Below, piece by piece: positions 13,727-27,046 of a DNA stretch of 64,000 bases. The notes beneath the pieces were generated by a model, which worked only from the letters and a program-made list of their open reading frames with translations, searched no databases and had not been told where the DNA came from. Position numbers and translations under genes: made by a program. Source of the DNA: Takakia lepidozioides (lineage: Eukaryota; Plantae; Bryophyta); assembly GCA_030704615.1 (NCBI GenBank), contig CM060733.1, positions 73,098,001 to 73,162,000 on the forward strand, read 5' to 3'. Every line of letters begins with the position of its first letter. The stretch's first letter is position 1.

Positions 13727-14000
13727 CACTACTACAGAAACCGGTTTTTCCAACACCACCCATAGTTCACACCTGGCACTTTGAACGGCTCTTCTTACAC
13801 CCATGTGAGACGAGGCAAGGTGTGATTTGGATCATTGTAGGAAAAGCCACATGGCGTTACAAATTTCACACTCGAATGACACCCATACGGTCAACATATG
13901 TTGACCAAGATAATTCATATGGGGCATTTGACATGAGTGTCAAATGAGTCATGGAGTGTGAGGTGAGTGTCAGATGTCCTACAGGAATTTGGGGCAACTA
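13727..14000. mobile_element. CACTA (En/Spm) terminus
   Basis: CACTACTACAGAAACCGGTTTTT at 13727, preceded by AGG. Inner boundary is approximate. Confidence 0.8.
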
Positions 14001-14769
14001 TATGGCGTGGCACATTGACCATCAAGGTGGATATGACTTGGCCCATTGACCATCCAGGTGGAAGATGGATGGATAAAATGACTTCCACCTCTATTCAACA
14101 TGTCCTGGACGACATAACACATAGACTTTTGTTTAGAGAATTTAAAAAGTTCAAAAAGGTTATTAGGGTTATGGGGACCAACAATCCAAAAAGATGCACT
14201 GCTCATGCAGCTGGCGACAATATCGGTATGAGAATGTCACACTATAATGAACAATGTAAAACAATTGCTTTGAGAAGCTATAGATAAAACTACCACATGT
14301 CGTCTCAGAGATTTGGGAGCCCGGCAATGTCAATCCCATTTCTGTCCAGTCAACCGTGACCCTTCACAATGAGACAATCTGAAGCTGAGCTGAGCACGGA
14401 TTTCAATCTCTACTAGTCCAACCGTACTAGAGAAATATCCAGTGATCCTCAGACAAGGTTTTCTTCACCACCTTACATAAATTGTTCCCAATGACTCAAT
14501 CCCTGTCCACATTGTTGCTAGATTCGAGAAGCTTGGACAAAGTGCCTTGCTCTTTGTGACTGCCTCCTTTTTTGAGACAACGGGGTTTTTTTTTGCTACG
14601 GGTGTCCTTCACTCACAACCGTCTTTTTTACATTGCGTCCGGGATATCAATGATCACCCCAGCCTGAATTTTGCCCCACCCTATCAAGCGCCAGTGCTTT
14701 TTAACTAGTGCTTTTCAACTCGTCTACTGAGGGCCCCACTTTCTCCCCTTCGCTGGTACATGTCAAAAT

Positions 14770-15135
14770 CACTCCAAGAGCCATAGTGTTGGAAAACTGC
14801 CTTCGCATCCTTGATGCTCCCACATTTGGCATACATGTCCACGAGGGCATTGTTCATAATCACATCAGGTAGAATTCCAGCTTTGACAATGAAGCCATGG
14901 ACCTCTTCCCTTTTTCCAGAGCTGCCAGGTTTGCCCTTGATGCTCCCACATTTGGCATACGAGGCATTTGGCATACCCTTGATGCTCCCCACATTTGGAT
15001 CGCATCTGTTACAATTCCAACTTTGGTGATGCATCCAAAGCTGCCAGACTTGCACACGCACTGCAAACGCGCAATCTCGTTCAGCCATAGTGTTGAACAC
15101 GCATCCTCGGTGCTCCCACATTTGCTATACATGTG
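14770..15135 (-). pseudogene. PLS-class PPR gene fragments
   Basis: NNALVDMYAKCGSIKDAKAVF and MYSKCGSTEDACSVFNTMAERD pieces, broken. Another piece (VFNTMAKQDVVSW) lies near 15890-15980. Confidence 0.8.
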
Positions 15136-15141
15136 TCCACC

Positions 15142-16855
15142 ACCAGCTAACTTGCAGAATTCAACATGGAAATTTAGGGCCGATTCTAATAAGAGGGAAA
15201 AACAGGGTGAAATGTGTTGAAGAAGGTGCCCTCATTGCCTGATTTTACCAATTGTGTCACTGCTGCTGCGGCTTCCAGTTGACCATCTACCCATGCAGGT
15301 TTCTTGTAGCTATTCTCCCACAAGGAATCATAGGCAATGTTGTGCTTGAAATGTGGCCCTCACTGATGAATCTGGACCCACACTCTATCCCTGCTCCTTC
15401 AGCTATCCATGCCTCTGCACAAATCATGCATACATCCTTGCCTTGTTGGTAGTAGCTGACAATAACAGCCTACATTTGTTCTAGGAAACACCCAACTCAA
15501 CTTCTCACACTAGTTCATATGCTCAATTACATCTGCTACTCTCTGTAATCCAACAGACATTCACCTTTTGCCACAATTGGGCCACCATTGATTAGGGTCA
15601 GAAAAGTATTCATGCCACAGCTTCATGACTGTTAGGGTTCACTGTCACAAATGAAAGTGTGTTTGTCAGAATTCTGCCCACCCCAACAGCTCAGTCACTC
15701 CCACCCATGTAAGGTACCATGCTGTATCAAGTATAAACCTTGGAAAAGTACATGCAATAGCAGAAACCAACTCTACACCATAGCACAACTGGCTTGGTAC
15801 CTCCCATGTGGAGCTTGCCTCCGCCTTCTACCATTTCGCCTCTGCCTTGCAGGTGCATTCAAGTTGGCAATGGCCAATTCAGCAATTCAAAGGCTCCATC
15901 CCACTTCACTGCTGTGCACATCCTGCAAGCATCGCGCTCCACGACACCACATCTTGTTTAGCCATGGTGTTGAACACTCCCTAAACTTGACCAAATCAGA
16001 AAAGTATTCATTCCACACCTTCTCCTCATCTCTTGTACCTGTTTCTGGATACTTTCCTGTTGTCACATTGGCAGTATCATGTCAAAGTCACTCCAATCTA
16101 TCAAAGATTCAGTCAACCAGCTAACTTGCATAATTCAACATGGAAATTTAGGGCCGATTGTGATAAGGGGGAAAACAGGCTGAAATGTGTTGAAGAAGGT
16201 GCCCTCATCGCCTGATTTTACCAATTGTGCCGCTGCTGCTGCGGCTTCCAGTTGACCATCTACTCATGCAGGTTTCTTGTACCAATCCTTCCACAAGGAA
16301 TCATAGGCAATGTTGTGCTTGAAATGTGGCCCTCACCGATGAATCTGGACCCACACTCTATCCCTGCTCCTTCAGCTATCCATGCCTCTCACAAATCATG
16401 CATACATCTTTGCCTTGCTGGTAGCAACTGACAATAACAGCCTACATTTGTTCAAGGAAACACCCAACTCAACTTCTCACACTAGTTCCTATGCTCAATT
16501 GCATCTGCTACTCTCTATAATCCAACATGCATTCACTTTTTTCCCACAATTGGGCCACCATTGATTAGGGTCAGAAAAGTATTCATGCCACAGCTTCATG
16601 ACTGTTTAGGGTTCACTCTCACAAATGAAAGTGTGTTTGTCAGAATTTTGCCCACCCCAACAGCTCAGTCACTCCCACCCATAGAAGGTACCATGCTGTA
16701 TCAAGTCTAAACCCTGGAAAAGTACATGCAATAGCAGAAACCAACTCTACACCATAGCACAACTGGCTTGGTACCTCCCATGTGGAGCTTGCCTCCGCCT
16801 TCTACCATTTCGCCTCTGCCTTGCAGGTGCATTCAAGTTGGCAATGGCCAATTCA
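15142..16855. repeat. Direct duplication of ~740 bp (15142-15881 and 16117-16855)
   Basis: Both copies run from ACCAGCTAACTTGCA to GGCAATGGCCAATTCA with scattered substitutions. Confidence 0.92.
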
Positions 16856-17110
16856 TCTGCCTCACTCAAAGGAACACAAACAGCAAGCTCAGTCATGATG
16901 TTATGAGGAATTTCAGGAGGCACCATGCCTACATAAATGTCTCCCTCACCCAGTGCCACTTCTGTAATATCGTGAATCACTCGTCGGGATCGAGGGTCCT
17001 TGTGAAGGACCACCTTCCAGTTCCCTCGTGAACTTTTTTCATCCGAGAAAAAAACTTGCTCCACCTGACTAGGGAATGTCCAGGGCTGCTCCATCCCAGG
17101 CAACATAAGC
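16856..17110 (-). mobile_element. CACTA transposase C-terminal piece (end of DUF4216 region)
   Basis: EQPWTFPSQVEQVFFSD...WKVVLHKDPR. Confidence 0.7.
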
Positions 17111-17670
17111 AGTTCGATGCATACTGCTTTGTGAAGGAGAACTCCACCTTTTCTTTCCGGAAGGAGGGATTGTTGGTTGACCCGAACTGCGACCCCATCG
17201 ATTACGACGTCCTGTTCAACAACGTTCCCACGGAACTTCTCCCTCATAGCCTCACTTCAACTGAACCCCTGCGGCATTCACGGACTCGGAGCCCTGCCTT
17301 CATTCAGACAATTATGGAGACATGCACTGACGTGGAGGGCACAGTGCTCGACCTCATCTGTGGGACAGGTATATAGAATCTTGTTGTATGCTATTCTGCA
17401 AATTCTCGTTATGCTTTCATTCGCAACATCTGAAGGGCCATGTCATAATGTGTGGATGGCATTGTAACAGGTGCCTCAATGTGGGCTGGGCGGTTTTCCG
17501 ACCGGCACCTCTTTGCCTACGAGGAGGACACAACCGTCTGGGGATCCCATCTGGAAGGGCTGCAACGGAATGTGAAGGCTCCCATCGAAGCCAAGGACTC
17601 CTCGGATTCGTCGGAGTCGGAGGAAGAGACAGTGGACATTGATGCCGAGGAGAACCCGCAATACGAGTGA
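17111..17670 (+). pseudogene. Beta-class methyltransferase-like gene, C-terminal exons
   Basis: RSPAFIQTIMETCTDVEGTVLDLICGTG, intron 17369-17470, then ASMWAGRFSDRHLFAYEED. Further acidic exons may extend to ~18240. Confidence 0.75.
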
Positions 17671-18377
17671 GTGCAAACATTGTAAGTTTGCAAAGCCTTC
17701 TGGGTGATTTTTTGTCAAACGCATTTCCGGACTGTGGTTCTCATTGGTATCGTTGGTGATTGTTATGTGCAGGATTCCAGGATCCGGGTCGAAACATGTA
17801 GGGCCTACACTTCCTGCCAGGAAGAATGTCCCGTTCTTTGCGAGGGCCGACTTCATGACGAGCCCGGTGAAGGACTACTCCCTTCCTAGTTATGCAGCTA
17901 AACTTGCAAATACAGCGATTAGACTATGTGAGAATCCCAGTAAAGTAGAGCAGATTTTGGAGAGGGCTAGGGAGGACAGAAGGTTAAGGAAAGAGTTGGC
18001 AACAGCTGAGACAGGTAGACGGGTGCGAAAGTTCATATGTGATTCAGCGGATGAGAGCGATGCAGACAGGGAGGACGACGAGCCAACGGAGGTGAGATGG
18101 TCGGTTCCGCAAGGTGAAGATGGGATTTTGAAAGCCTGGCCAACGAGCAGTCCGCTGGAGATGAGAAAGGCAATGACGGGGTGGAGGCGGAGCAGGACAG
18201 TCAAGGACAGGACGACGATAGTGATGATTTTCAAGATTAATAGAATTTTAATGAACTCTCTGTACATTTAAATTCTATTCCAAAGTATATAAAGGAAATT
18301 CTCCCCGTCCTTCATGTCCCCTCTCCCATTTGGTTCTCAACGACAACATCGTCCAAACCTGGTCCCTCCAGAAATCT

Positions 18378-18612
18378 GAAATGCGGCACCGCATTTCAAT
18401 GTCTGAACGTAAATGTGGCAACTGCAAAAACCTCATTTGGAAATGCGGCACCGCATTTCCAAATCGGGGCAAGAACAATTTTCCGTTTCATGGTTTGGAC
18501 ATCAGAAACTGTTCGGACAAACGGAAATGCGGTGCCGCATTTCCGTTTCCGACACGGCAGTTTTGCCGATTGCCAGCTCCTTCCATAGAGGTAAATGGAA
18601 ATGCGGAGGTCG
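18378..18612. repeat. Cluster of GGAAATGCGG(CA/TG)CCGCATTTCC palindromes
   Basis: Copies near 18378, 18439 and 18523; half-sites near 18410 and 18597. Confidence 0.85.
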
Positions 18613-18732
18613 AATATAATTCATCCATCACTGCTATTCATCCAACTACTTAAATGTTGTAAAATCTTAAGTACGTAGCCCATCGAACAACTGCAAAAAT
18701 AACCACATATTCACACTACAGAACTCTTATAA

Positions 18733-19400
18733 CTATTCAAACCTGTAAACAATTTGATGGGCCGGTAGAGTCCCCCTTGGCTGCTCGGTAATCTGCCAAC
18801 TTCGAGCAGGGCCGTCCTTCATCTCGCTCCAAAATAATTCCCTCCAATACTTTATGCGGAAATCGTCCACCCAATCTGACAGAGACCTTACAGATGGTGC
18901 TTCCTCCCGGGTTGGTAGCTGCAAGAAACCCTTTTGAATGAGCCACTCCAACTGCCGCTGAGCTTCCTCCTTTTGCTGCATCCGGAGCCACGAAATCAGA
19001 ATGGGTCTCACAAATGAATATACAAAACGTCATGATGTATTTGTGGCTGCTTACCTGGAACCACCATGTCATCTTGTCCAACCATAAGCCGAACATCACA
19101 TCTGTTGGCGCCTTCGGAAATTTGACATCTTTCCTGATCCCAGGGTTGGAATTCCATATCTTCAACCACGCAACCTTATCCGCAGCTGTAACCTCACTGG
19201 TGGCCAACATCTGCAACTTCTCTAATGTCATCTCGGGCTTCTGGTTGACGACCAATTTCTTGTAATGCGCGGTTATCTCCAAGAGTAACTCAGCACCCAA
19301 AGCTGGGTCACAGATAGATGAATACTTTGCAATTTTGGTATACCACTTCGTCCTATGCTTGCAATGGCCTTCCTAATTAGCTCACTGGTTTCCGTCATTG
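18733..19400 (-). pseudogene. 3' part of a homolog of the ParB-like gene at 46604-50117
   Basis: DPALG...PEMTLEKL...KVAWLKIWNSNPGIRKDVKFPK...WLDKMTWWFQ aligns by eye with DPGLG...PEMTQEKL...KVRWLEIWNSDPIIRDTNNFPK...WLHKATFWSQ; both end at a splice donor. Confidence 0.75.
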
Positions 19401-19409
19401 CGGGCAAGT

Positions 19410-22400
19410 GCGCATGGCTTACACTATGATAGGTGGCAGATTGTATAAGCTAGGACCTGATGGAGTTCTTAAACGATGCTTGTACCACCATGAAGTAAAT
19501 AAAGTTCTGGAAGAAGTTCATAAAGGAGTGGCTGGAGGTCATTTTGGAGAGGAGACTACTAGCAGAAAAATATTACTTGCAGGTTACTGGTGGCCTACTC
19601 TGTTCAAAGATGTGCACAAGTATTGCAAGAGTTGTGATGAATGTTAGAGGCTAGGACCTTTGCAAAGATCTGGAAAGATGGCTTTGCATCCTACGATGCC
19701 TACTGAGCCATTTCAGAAATGGGGACTAGACTTTGTTGGACCAATAAACCCACCAGCCAGAAATACACAGAACAAGTATATAATCACAGCCACTGATTAT
19801 ACTACAAAGTGGGTGGAAGCTAAAGCTCTGAGGGACAACACAGCTAAGTCTACAGCAAGGTTTCCGTATGAGAACATACTTACAAGATTTGGCTGTCGAA
19901 TTTATCAGTGACCAGGGAAGTCACTTCATCAATGAGACCATAGAACTATTGACTAAATAGTTCATGATTGTGCACAGAAAGAGTACAACCTATTACCCAC
20001 AGGGTAATGGGCAGACAGAGGCCACCAACAAAATACTATGTACTATTTTGGCTAAGATAATCAATGCAAATAGAACGGATTGGGATACAAAACTGCTGAT
20101 AGCTTTGTGGTCTTACAGGACTTCATATAAAGTCACTACCAAGTATACACCATTCCAATTAGTTTATGGTATGGAAGCTTTACTACCAGTGGAATTCTTA
20201 TTACCTACCATGAGAAGTGAATGGGGAAGGAGAATGGATTTGGAAGATTCAATTAAAGTCAGGAAACATGAATTATATCATGTGGAAGAAGTACGTGTTG
20301 ATGCAGCGGATAACATGACCAGAATTCAGATGAAGAGGAAGGATCAATTTGATGAAGATAAACTGAAAACTTTTAAGACGGGTGATTTGGTTCTGTGGTT
20401 GCAGAAGAAGGGAAAGATTAAAGCTTCTAAGCTTAAGTCACCATGGAAAAGACCTTATGTCATACAGAAGATGTATGATAACAACACAGCCATGTTACAA
20501 ACCATTAACAAAGAGATGCTGGGAAGAGTCAATGCCAATAAGTTGAAGGGATACAGTTGTATCCATGACAAACCATTGCAGCATGATTTGCATATTGAAA
20601 CACAGAAACCGTCACGGGCTGCACCGGTGATATCAATGGAGCATGAAGCGCTTGTCGTAAAGCCGAATGTGTATGGCCTGAGCGGAGAACACGGGTGTTC
20701 ACATTGTTATCACAGCCCATCACAACATCACACAGCCTATTACAGCCCAACACAACCTATGCGGGTTGCACAGTCCATAGGGTCAGTGACAGGTGGACGC
20801 GGGTTAACATCATAAAAGTGGCCAGTAAGTGTAAGGTCAGCTTGGGAGTCAAACTCGGAGAAAAAGCCACGCAGATAGAGGGCAACAGCAGAGTGTCGGA
20901 GTTCAAACACGTGGCATAAGGGGCAAAGCACTCCGCTTTGCATGAACTGCAATAGTGGGTGTCATCATGCAAAAAGACAAACTGGGTCGTCGAAGTACTT
21001 ACCCGGTACAGCAGCCAAAATTAATTGGGGGACCATTAATACATCCAAGAAACAGGTAACGGAACCCTTTACACGAACAACAAATGGGGACCTTTGCCAC
21101 TTGTGCTGTCCTAGAGGACATTCCAGGTGGGAATGTCCACTGAGGGGGGTAAAATTTGGAAGTTACCTGAGGAGGCAACAGCCAATAAGAAATGTGAATT
21201 TCATGCAGGTGGTTCCCTCCAAGAAACAAGAACAAGAAATTAGAAAAGTTCTGAGCGGAAGAGTCGGGGTTGCTCCGGATAACCAGCGTTTTGACGGGAA
21301 GGGCAATCAAAGCTATAGCTTTGTAGCTATGGCGGATATTACAGACTACATGTTAGCTTTACTTCTCACGCAGTGGCGCAAGGACGGACGGATTGAAAGA
21401 ACATTCTCTCTCACCCACTATCTGCAAGCCCCACAGGCTTACACGCACTTACTCGTTCCTTTCTGTGCCAACCATACATTTATGCTCTATGCCCTGCAAG
21501 CTTTCCTACAGCTGTTTCAAACAAGGCCTTCTTGTTTTGTCTAGGATGAAGAGAGTTAGGGGAATGGAGGATATCAGGGTGAAGAGCACCACAATTCTGC
21601 AAAAGCAAACAATTGCTACACCACAGGCAGTGCAGCTACTGAAGGAGTTGCGATTGGAAGGGCTGCTACGCAAGGAATGGTCCTTGCATCATCGGAAGTA
21701 TATGATTCAATTTATTCAGAACTTTGAGCCTCGGACAGGAGTTATACAGGTGAGGGGAGTAGATATAGAGATTACTCCCTAGTACTTGCAACAACTGTTT
21801 GAATTGCCATCTGGGCATGTGAGTGTGGATGAACACAGGGCAAGATTGCAAATGGTCAATTTGTTCCAAGAAGCGAGTTTCTTTAAAACTCAAGGATACA
21901 CCTGTACCAAGGCCGAGTACCCAAGGCTAAGAGAAGTTGGCCAAATACTGAACGTTCTGTTTGCTATGAAACAGAACCAACAGTACCTTAACAGATCATT
22001 CACAAAGGAGATACTGAAAGCCTTGAGGGGAGAGGATGTGGCTTGGGCGGAGTTAATGTACAATGGTCTAGTGGAAGAGATGAAGCGGTTACAGGGCACT
22101 GTTGCTAAGTCTCCAATCATAGTGTCTGGCCCAATAATTGCGCAAATTATCTTTGATTCTTGCATACTTGATGCGCGAGAACGCAAGGAGATGGGAGTGT
22201 TTGAGACAGTCACAACTGCGATTGAGGAGCAGGGCTCTTTACATGGTGAAGGAGGATTGGAGGGGCAGCACCAGTCCAAGAGGCAGAAGCGGGACACGAC
22301 TATAGTGGCAGATCCACTAGCTTCAGAGAATCTGCAAAATGATAATGTTTCTATAGCTCTTGTGCAGGATGGGGAACAGCAGCACAGAGGGCTGTTATTA

Positions 22401-25118
22401 CTGGAAGCACGGCCTTTGGAAAGGGAAGAAGAAGTCACTTCGGTACCACAGCCATCACAGCCAGTTGACTCGGTTGTCTCAGAGGTCCCTCAGTTAGTAC
22501 ATGCTGTTGCACCAGAGCCTATTGCTCTGGAAGGAGAAGGGTTGGACATTCCCACTACAGAGCAGGTAGTGGAAGAAATTGAGAAGGGTGACCTTCTCTA
22601 TGAAAACTCTGGCTCGGTCAGGAACCAGTGGTACCAGAGGTACAGAGTTTGTCCAAGGAAATCCCTACTATGCATGTGATACCCGAACCTGTGGAGGAGG
22701 TTCTAGGGGTAGGGTGTAAGGGTACTACAACACCTATGGAGAATGAGGTCATAGAGGAAGAAGATCTTGTGGGAACATAGCCTGAATGGTTGGTGAAACA
22801 TCACACTGTGGAGAATCAAGGGGACCATCAACAAGTTTCCCATGAAGACCCACAACAGGCCATGCTTATGAGTTCTATAAGCAGGACACTCAATTTGTTG
22901 GGCACATATGTAAAATCCCATGTTCCATCTACACAATTGGCGGCTTTAAGGGAAGAACTCAAGTAGGAGTTTGAGGCTAGAATTGCCACTGAATGTGCAA
23001 ACAAGGTGGATATGGAGGCCAACCTCAAGTTGCAGAAAGAGTTGGAGGACACGAAGGCTGCCCTGCAGCTAGCAAAGGGGAATCTGATGAAGCGGGTCTG
23101 GAGCAGGAGAAGTTGCATGAAGCACATAAGCAACAACTATACCAATTGCAGGTGAAGCATGAGGGCAAGTTGCAGGAAGTGAACGTGCTACATACAGAGT
23201 TGGAGGCAGTTCATCAGAAAATGACCATTCAATGTGCCACACTAACAACTGCTCTAGAGCAAACTGCATTAGAAGTTAACAGACAAGCAGAGAGATGTAT
23301 GATGGTGGAGGCTGAGACAGTAGAGCAAGGGAAACTCATTGCTGATTTGAAGGCTACTATCCGTCGCAATGAGGATACTTTCCAACATTACAGTCAAGTT
23401 AAGGCTGAGAAAGAAAGGTACATCCTAAAGTTGCAACAAACACTCACGGGCCACAAGAATGAACTTTATGTGGCTAACAAGACTCGGAAAGAAGCCAATA
23501 ATCTGGCTGTTGCCTATGCGGCCCTGGTTGAACCTCATGCAAAGCGCATGGAGGCTTTACAGCAGCAGTTAGATGTGTACAGACTTAAGGAGGAGCAGGT
23601 TCTCAGGGGTGCTACACAGGACTTGGTGGATAATCATCTTATGCAAGTATGGTTAACACAAGGGCCGGGGGAAGGGAAGGCACCCCGAAAGCTCACCCAG
23701 GGGGAGATGAATGATCTCAGGTTGCAGGTACAGAACATTGCCACAACTACTATAGATAGTAGGATAGCAGAGTTACATGATGATGTGGAAGGGCTGCAGA
23801 CTCAAGTAGATGACTTGAGTTCCAACATTGACAAATGAGTCTTTGTTCCTGAGGAGCAGCTGGTGGCTACTTATTTGCATGCCATGACTCTGATTTTTCA
23901 GTCTTCATCACAAGAGGTGCAGGAGTTGCCAACAATAGGAGGGACAGTGGCGGCAATATCACAGCCCCACAGCAGGTGGCTGACACTGTTGATCCCATGG
24001 CAATGCCACAATCAGAGGTTTGGGGGGATGCTGCTTTTCACCCACCTAGGACTCCTGCTGCACTAGAGTACAATTGGGCTATGATTATGCCCTTCAACCA
24101 AATTCCCATTGTGATGGATTTGGCTTGGAAGGAATTCAGTCCTCCACAGTCTTTGGCACACTATTACCAAATCATGCGCATTTGGCAACTCGGACTAAGG
24201 TTCTTCCAAACAATTGACCCATTGAGGATCATCATTTTGCAAGGTACTAGTCTGAGGCAGGCACCATGCTGAAGGAATTAATTGCCTTCCAGGTTGTTCA
24301 TGGGTACATCTACACCAAGACCAAGGAGGTATCTAGTTTGGTCATGGGCTGTGGATTGTACTATGCTGCTTGTTTCCTTGCACGTTATCACATTGAGCAG
24401 CAGAAGATGCAGTCACGATTTCTGAGTTATTCCAGTGGAGATCATTGGGTCTTACCTTCAGTTCCACCCCATATGTATCTGTATGATGCGAAAATCATGA
24501 TGCAGAAGGATTCCCAACTTCGTTCATGGTTTAATTTGGCTTGGAACAACTTGGCCAAAGAGAAATTGGGCCCTGATGATATTTTTTATAAGGGGCATGA
24601 AGCCTGGAAATACTTGCACTGTTCCAAAGTCGTTGGCACACCTCTTACCTATACGGCCAATGAGTTCAGGGAGTTCACTCATTTTGCTTGCAAGCAATTA
24701 AAGCAAGTAGTACAGTTTAAGCTTCCCGACATGGTGGGCCAACACTGTATGCCACGCAGGATTACTGAGGAGCCACTTAAAGTCCGCCACTGAAACACCT
24801 CAGGGGGGAAGATGATTTTGATACTACTGGTTTAGTGGAGGGCGATTTTGACATGGCGGAGGAGTATGAATTAGCAATGGCGGACAAAAGACAACGGGGA
24901 TCTCCTATACCACAACATTTACCTCTTTCTCAAACTAACGCAGGGTTGGCAGTTCCAGCTAGTCGACACTCATCTCCACCAACCAATGACAGGGCTCGGG
25001 CTCGCACACAGAGCCCTCCAAGGGACTCTCACCGACAGAAGGGTGCTCGCTCACAAAGGTTTGTTGAACCTAAACAGTAAACCGTGAGGACACGGCTTTT
25101 TGAGAGGGAGAGGGGTAA
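19410..25118 (+). mobile_element. Ty3/gypsy non-chromovirus internal region: integrase, long 3' extra ORF and PPT
   Basis: Disrupted integrase 19410-20560; zinc knuckle and Athila-like or coiled-coil ORF pieces 20942-25080; polypurine tract GAGAGGGAGAGGGG at ~25102-25115. Confidence 0.9.
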
Positions 25119-26154
25119 TGTTAGAGGGCAGTCTGGGACTTAGACAGTTTTACGGGTTCTGTGGGGTACCCTTAATTTTTGCGCAAACTTACGGATGGTA
25201 GACTTAGACCAACAGAGGCCTTAGGGGTGACAAGCACAGGCTTAGAGGGTGGTAGACAGGCTTACACACTTAGTCACAGTCTTACACAGTCGTACACAAC
25301 CTATCATAGTCTATCACAGCCATACACAGCCTTACACAGCCCGACACAGTCTTACACAGCCTATCACAGTTAGTCACAGTCTATCACAGCTCGACACAGC
25401 TTTGCACAGCCAGTCACAGCCCGACACAGCACGACACAGCTTTACACAGCCAGTCACAGCTCGGCACAGTCATAGCCCGACACAGCTTGGCACAGTCCGT
25501 CACAACGTACGTAGGGAACGGTTATCATTGGCAGGGAACGACTGTGTGGGAACGACATCTGCAGAGGGAACGTGTTTACTTCTTGAGATGACAGTTAGTT
25601 AGTTAGACGGTTAGAACAGCTTGCGGGTAAATTAGGCAGAGTAGCAACTTGGAGAGGACACTTCATAGGGAGCACTTCTGGGTCATTCACAAGGGGAGAT
25701 CAGGCGGAGAGCAGGAACGGGAGCAAGGATGGAGAGCACGGTGAAGATGGAGAGATGATCAGTAGATTCTCGTTACATGCAAAGCTGTAGTGATACTGTA
25801 GAGCAGATTAGAGACACCATGGCTTCGGCCTGATACCTGATAAATCTTAATCTGATACTTATTCGATACAATCACCCTGTGTAGAGAGACTTGAGTGAAG
25901 CTGTGGAATGAATGGATGACTGAATGGAACCTGATAGATACTGAAGCAATCTGATGCTTGAGTATACACAGTAAGGTAATTTGCTAACATGAGGCAAGAA
26001 GAAATACAAACAGGAAGCACAACCATGATTCACTAGCTGTAGGTCATGACTGATTGCTCTGAGCGGGATGAGTGCTTAGAGATATCCAACTCTTCTATCT
26101 TGGAGTTCCCACCTCGGATAGCGAAGGGATGGGTGAGTAAAAGCCGCTCGACAT
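25119..26154 (+). mobile_element. 3' LTR (truncated) with CACAGC minisatellite
   Basis: Starts TGTTAGAGGG right after the PPT; homologous to 27047 onward until the match breaks at 26154. Confidence 0.85.
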
Positions 26155-26790
26155 GGACGACATGTGCTTGACCTTGCATAATTTCCAAGTTGAGCGGAGG
26201 AATAGGTCTGCTCGCACGTTAACATTCGGGGCAGGAGGCAATGAGGGCATGGTGCTGCAGCTTGCATCTGTGCTGCTGTATGAAGCAGTAACCTTGCGAG
26301 AGGGGGTTGCAAACACTGAGATCAAATGCTTAAAGTGCGATTGGTTTCAATTAGTCATCCATAGATTGGCCACAAAAGGTTCGTCCACCAGTTGGCCGGA
26401 GCCGAGGGAGGGAATTGACGCGTTTCTTCAAAGGCACGTACTAACTAACCCTTCACACCGTTTGCCAAGGGGGACAAAAGCAGGGGCGGATCTAGTTTTA
26501 ATTGACCTCCCCAATGGGCAAGTCGTCAAAGGTAGTGGCCGAGACAATGTTGTTGCAAGCTGGAACAACAAGAGCAAGGATACAGTTCCTCATGCATTGG
26601 CACTGACATCCTCCATATTGAAAGACAAAGGGTGCCTTGTGATGTTCTGCAAGGGGGATGCAAAGACATAAATTGAGGTCCGGAGATGCGTTGGGCCGGC
26701 CAGGCCATTCAAATTTATTAAAAAAAAAATGGACTTGCCTCAATCGAATTCCATTGCAAACTGGAGATGTTGGCGAACCACAGGTGGGTT
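26155..26790 (+). pseudogene. Beta-class methyltransferase-like gene, N-half fragment
   Basis: ADLVLIDLPNG...VASWN...ILKDKGCLVMF...KKWTCLNRIPL, parallel to copies A and C. Confidence 0.7.
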
Positions 26791-27046
26791 TACCATCTTC
26801 AATTGAAACGCATGCCATGAAGTTTGTGCTTAAAATGTTCGCAAAGGATTAAAATGATAAGTGTAAGCCCACGGTATGTCTTTCATAGAACATCACCTTC
26901 CAGCAGTTGCCCAGTAATAGTCGGTAACGACTATTACCAACAGTGGCGGGGCAATTCATTTTGTCGGTGCCGACCGGTTCTACGATGGCACCGGTGGGGA
27001 ACATAGTCGGTGGCAACTATGTTGCACGCTTTGAGTGGTCGGTGAG

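Noticed and set aside
14685-14710. Helitron 3' end (short hairpin plus CTAG) or the partner CACTA end
   Set aside because: The hairpin is short and too close to CTAG, and the sequence does not match the CACTA TIR beyond TAGTG.
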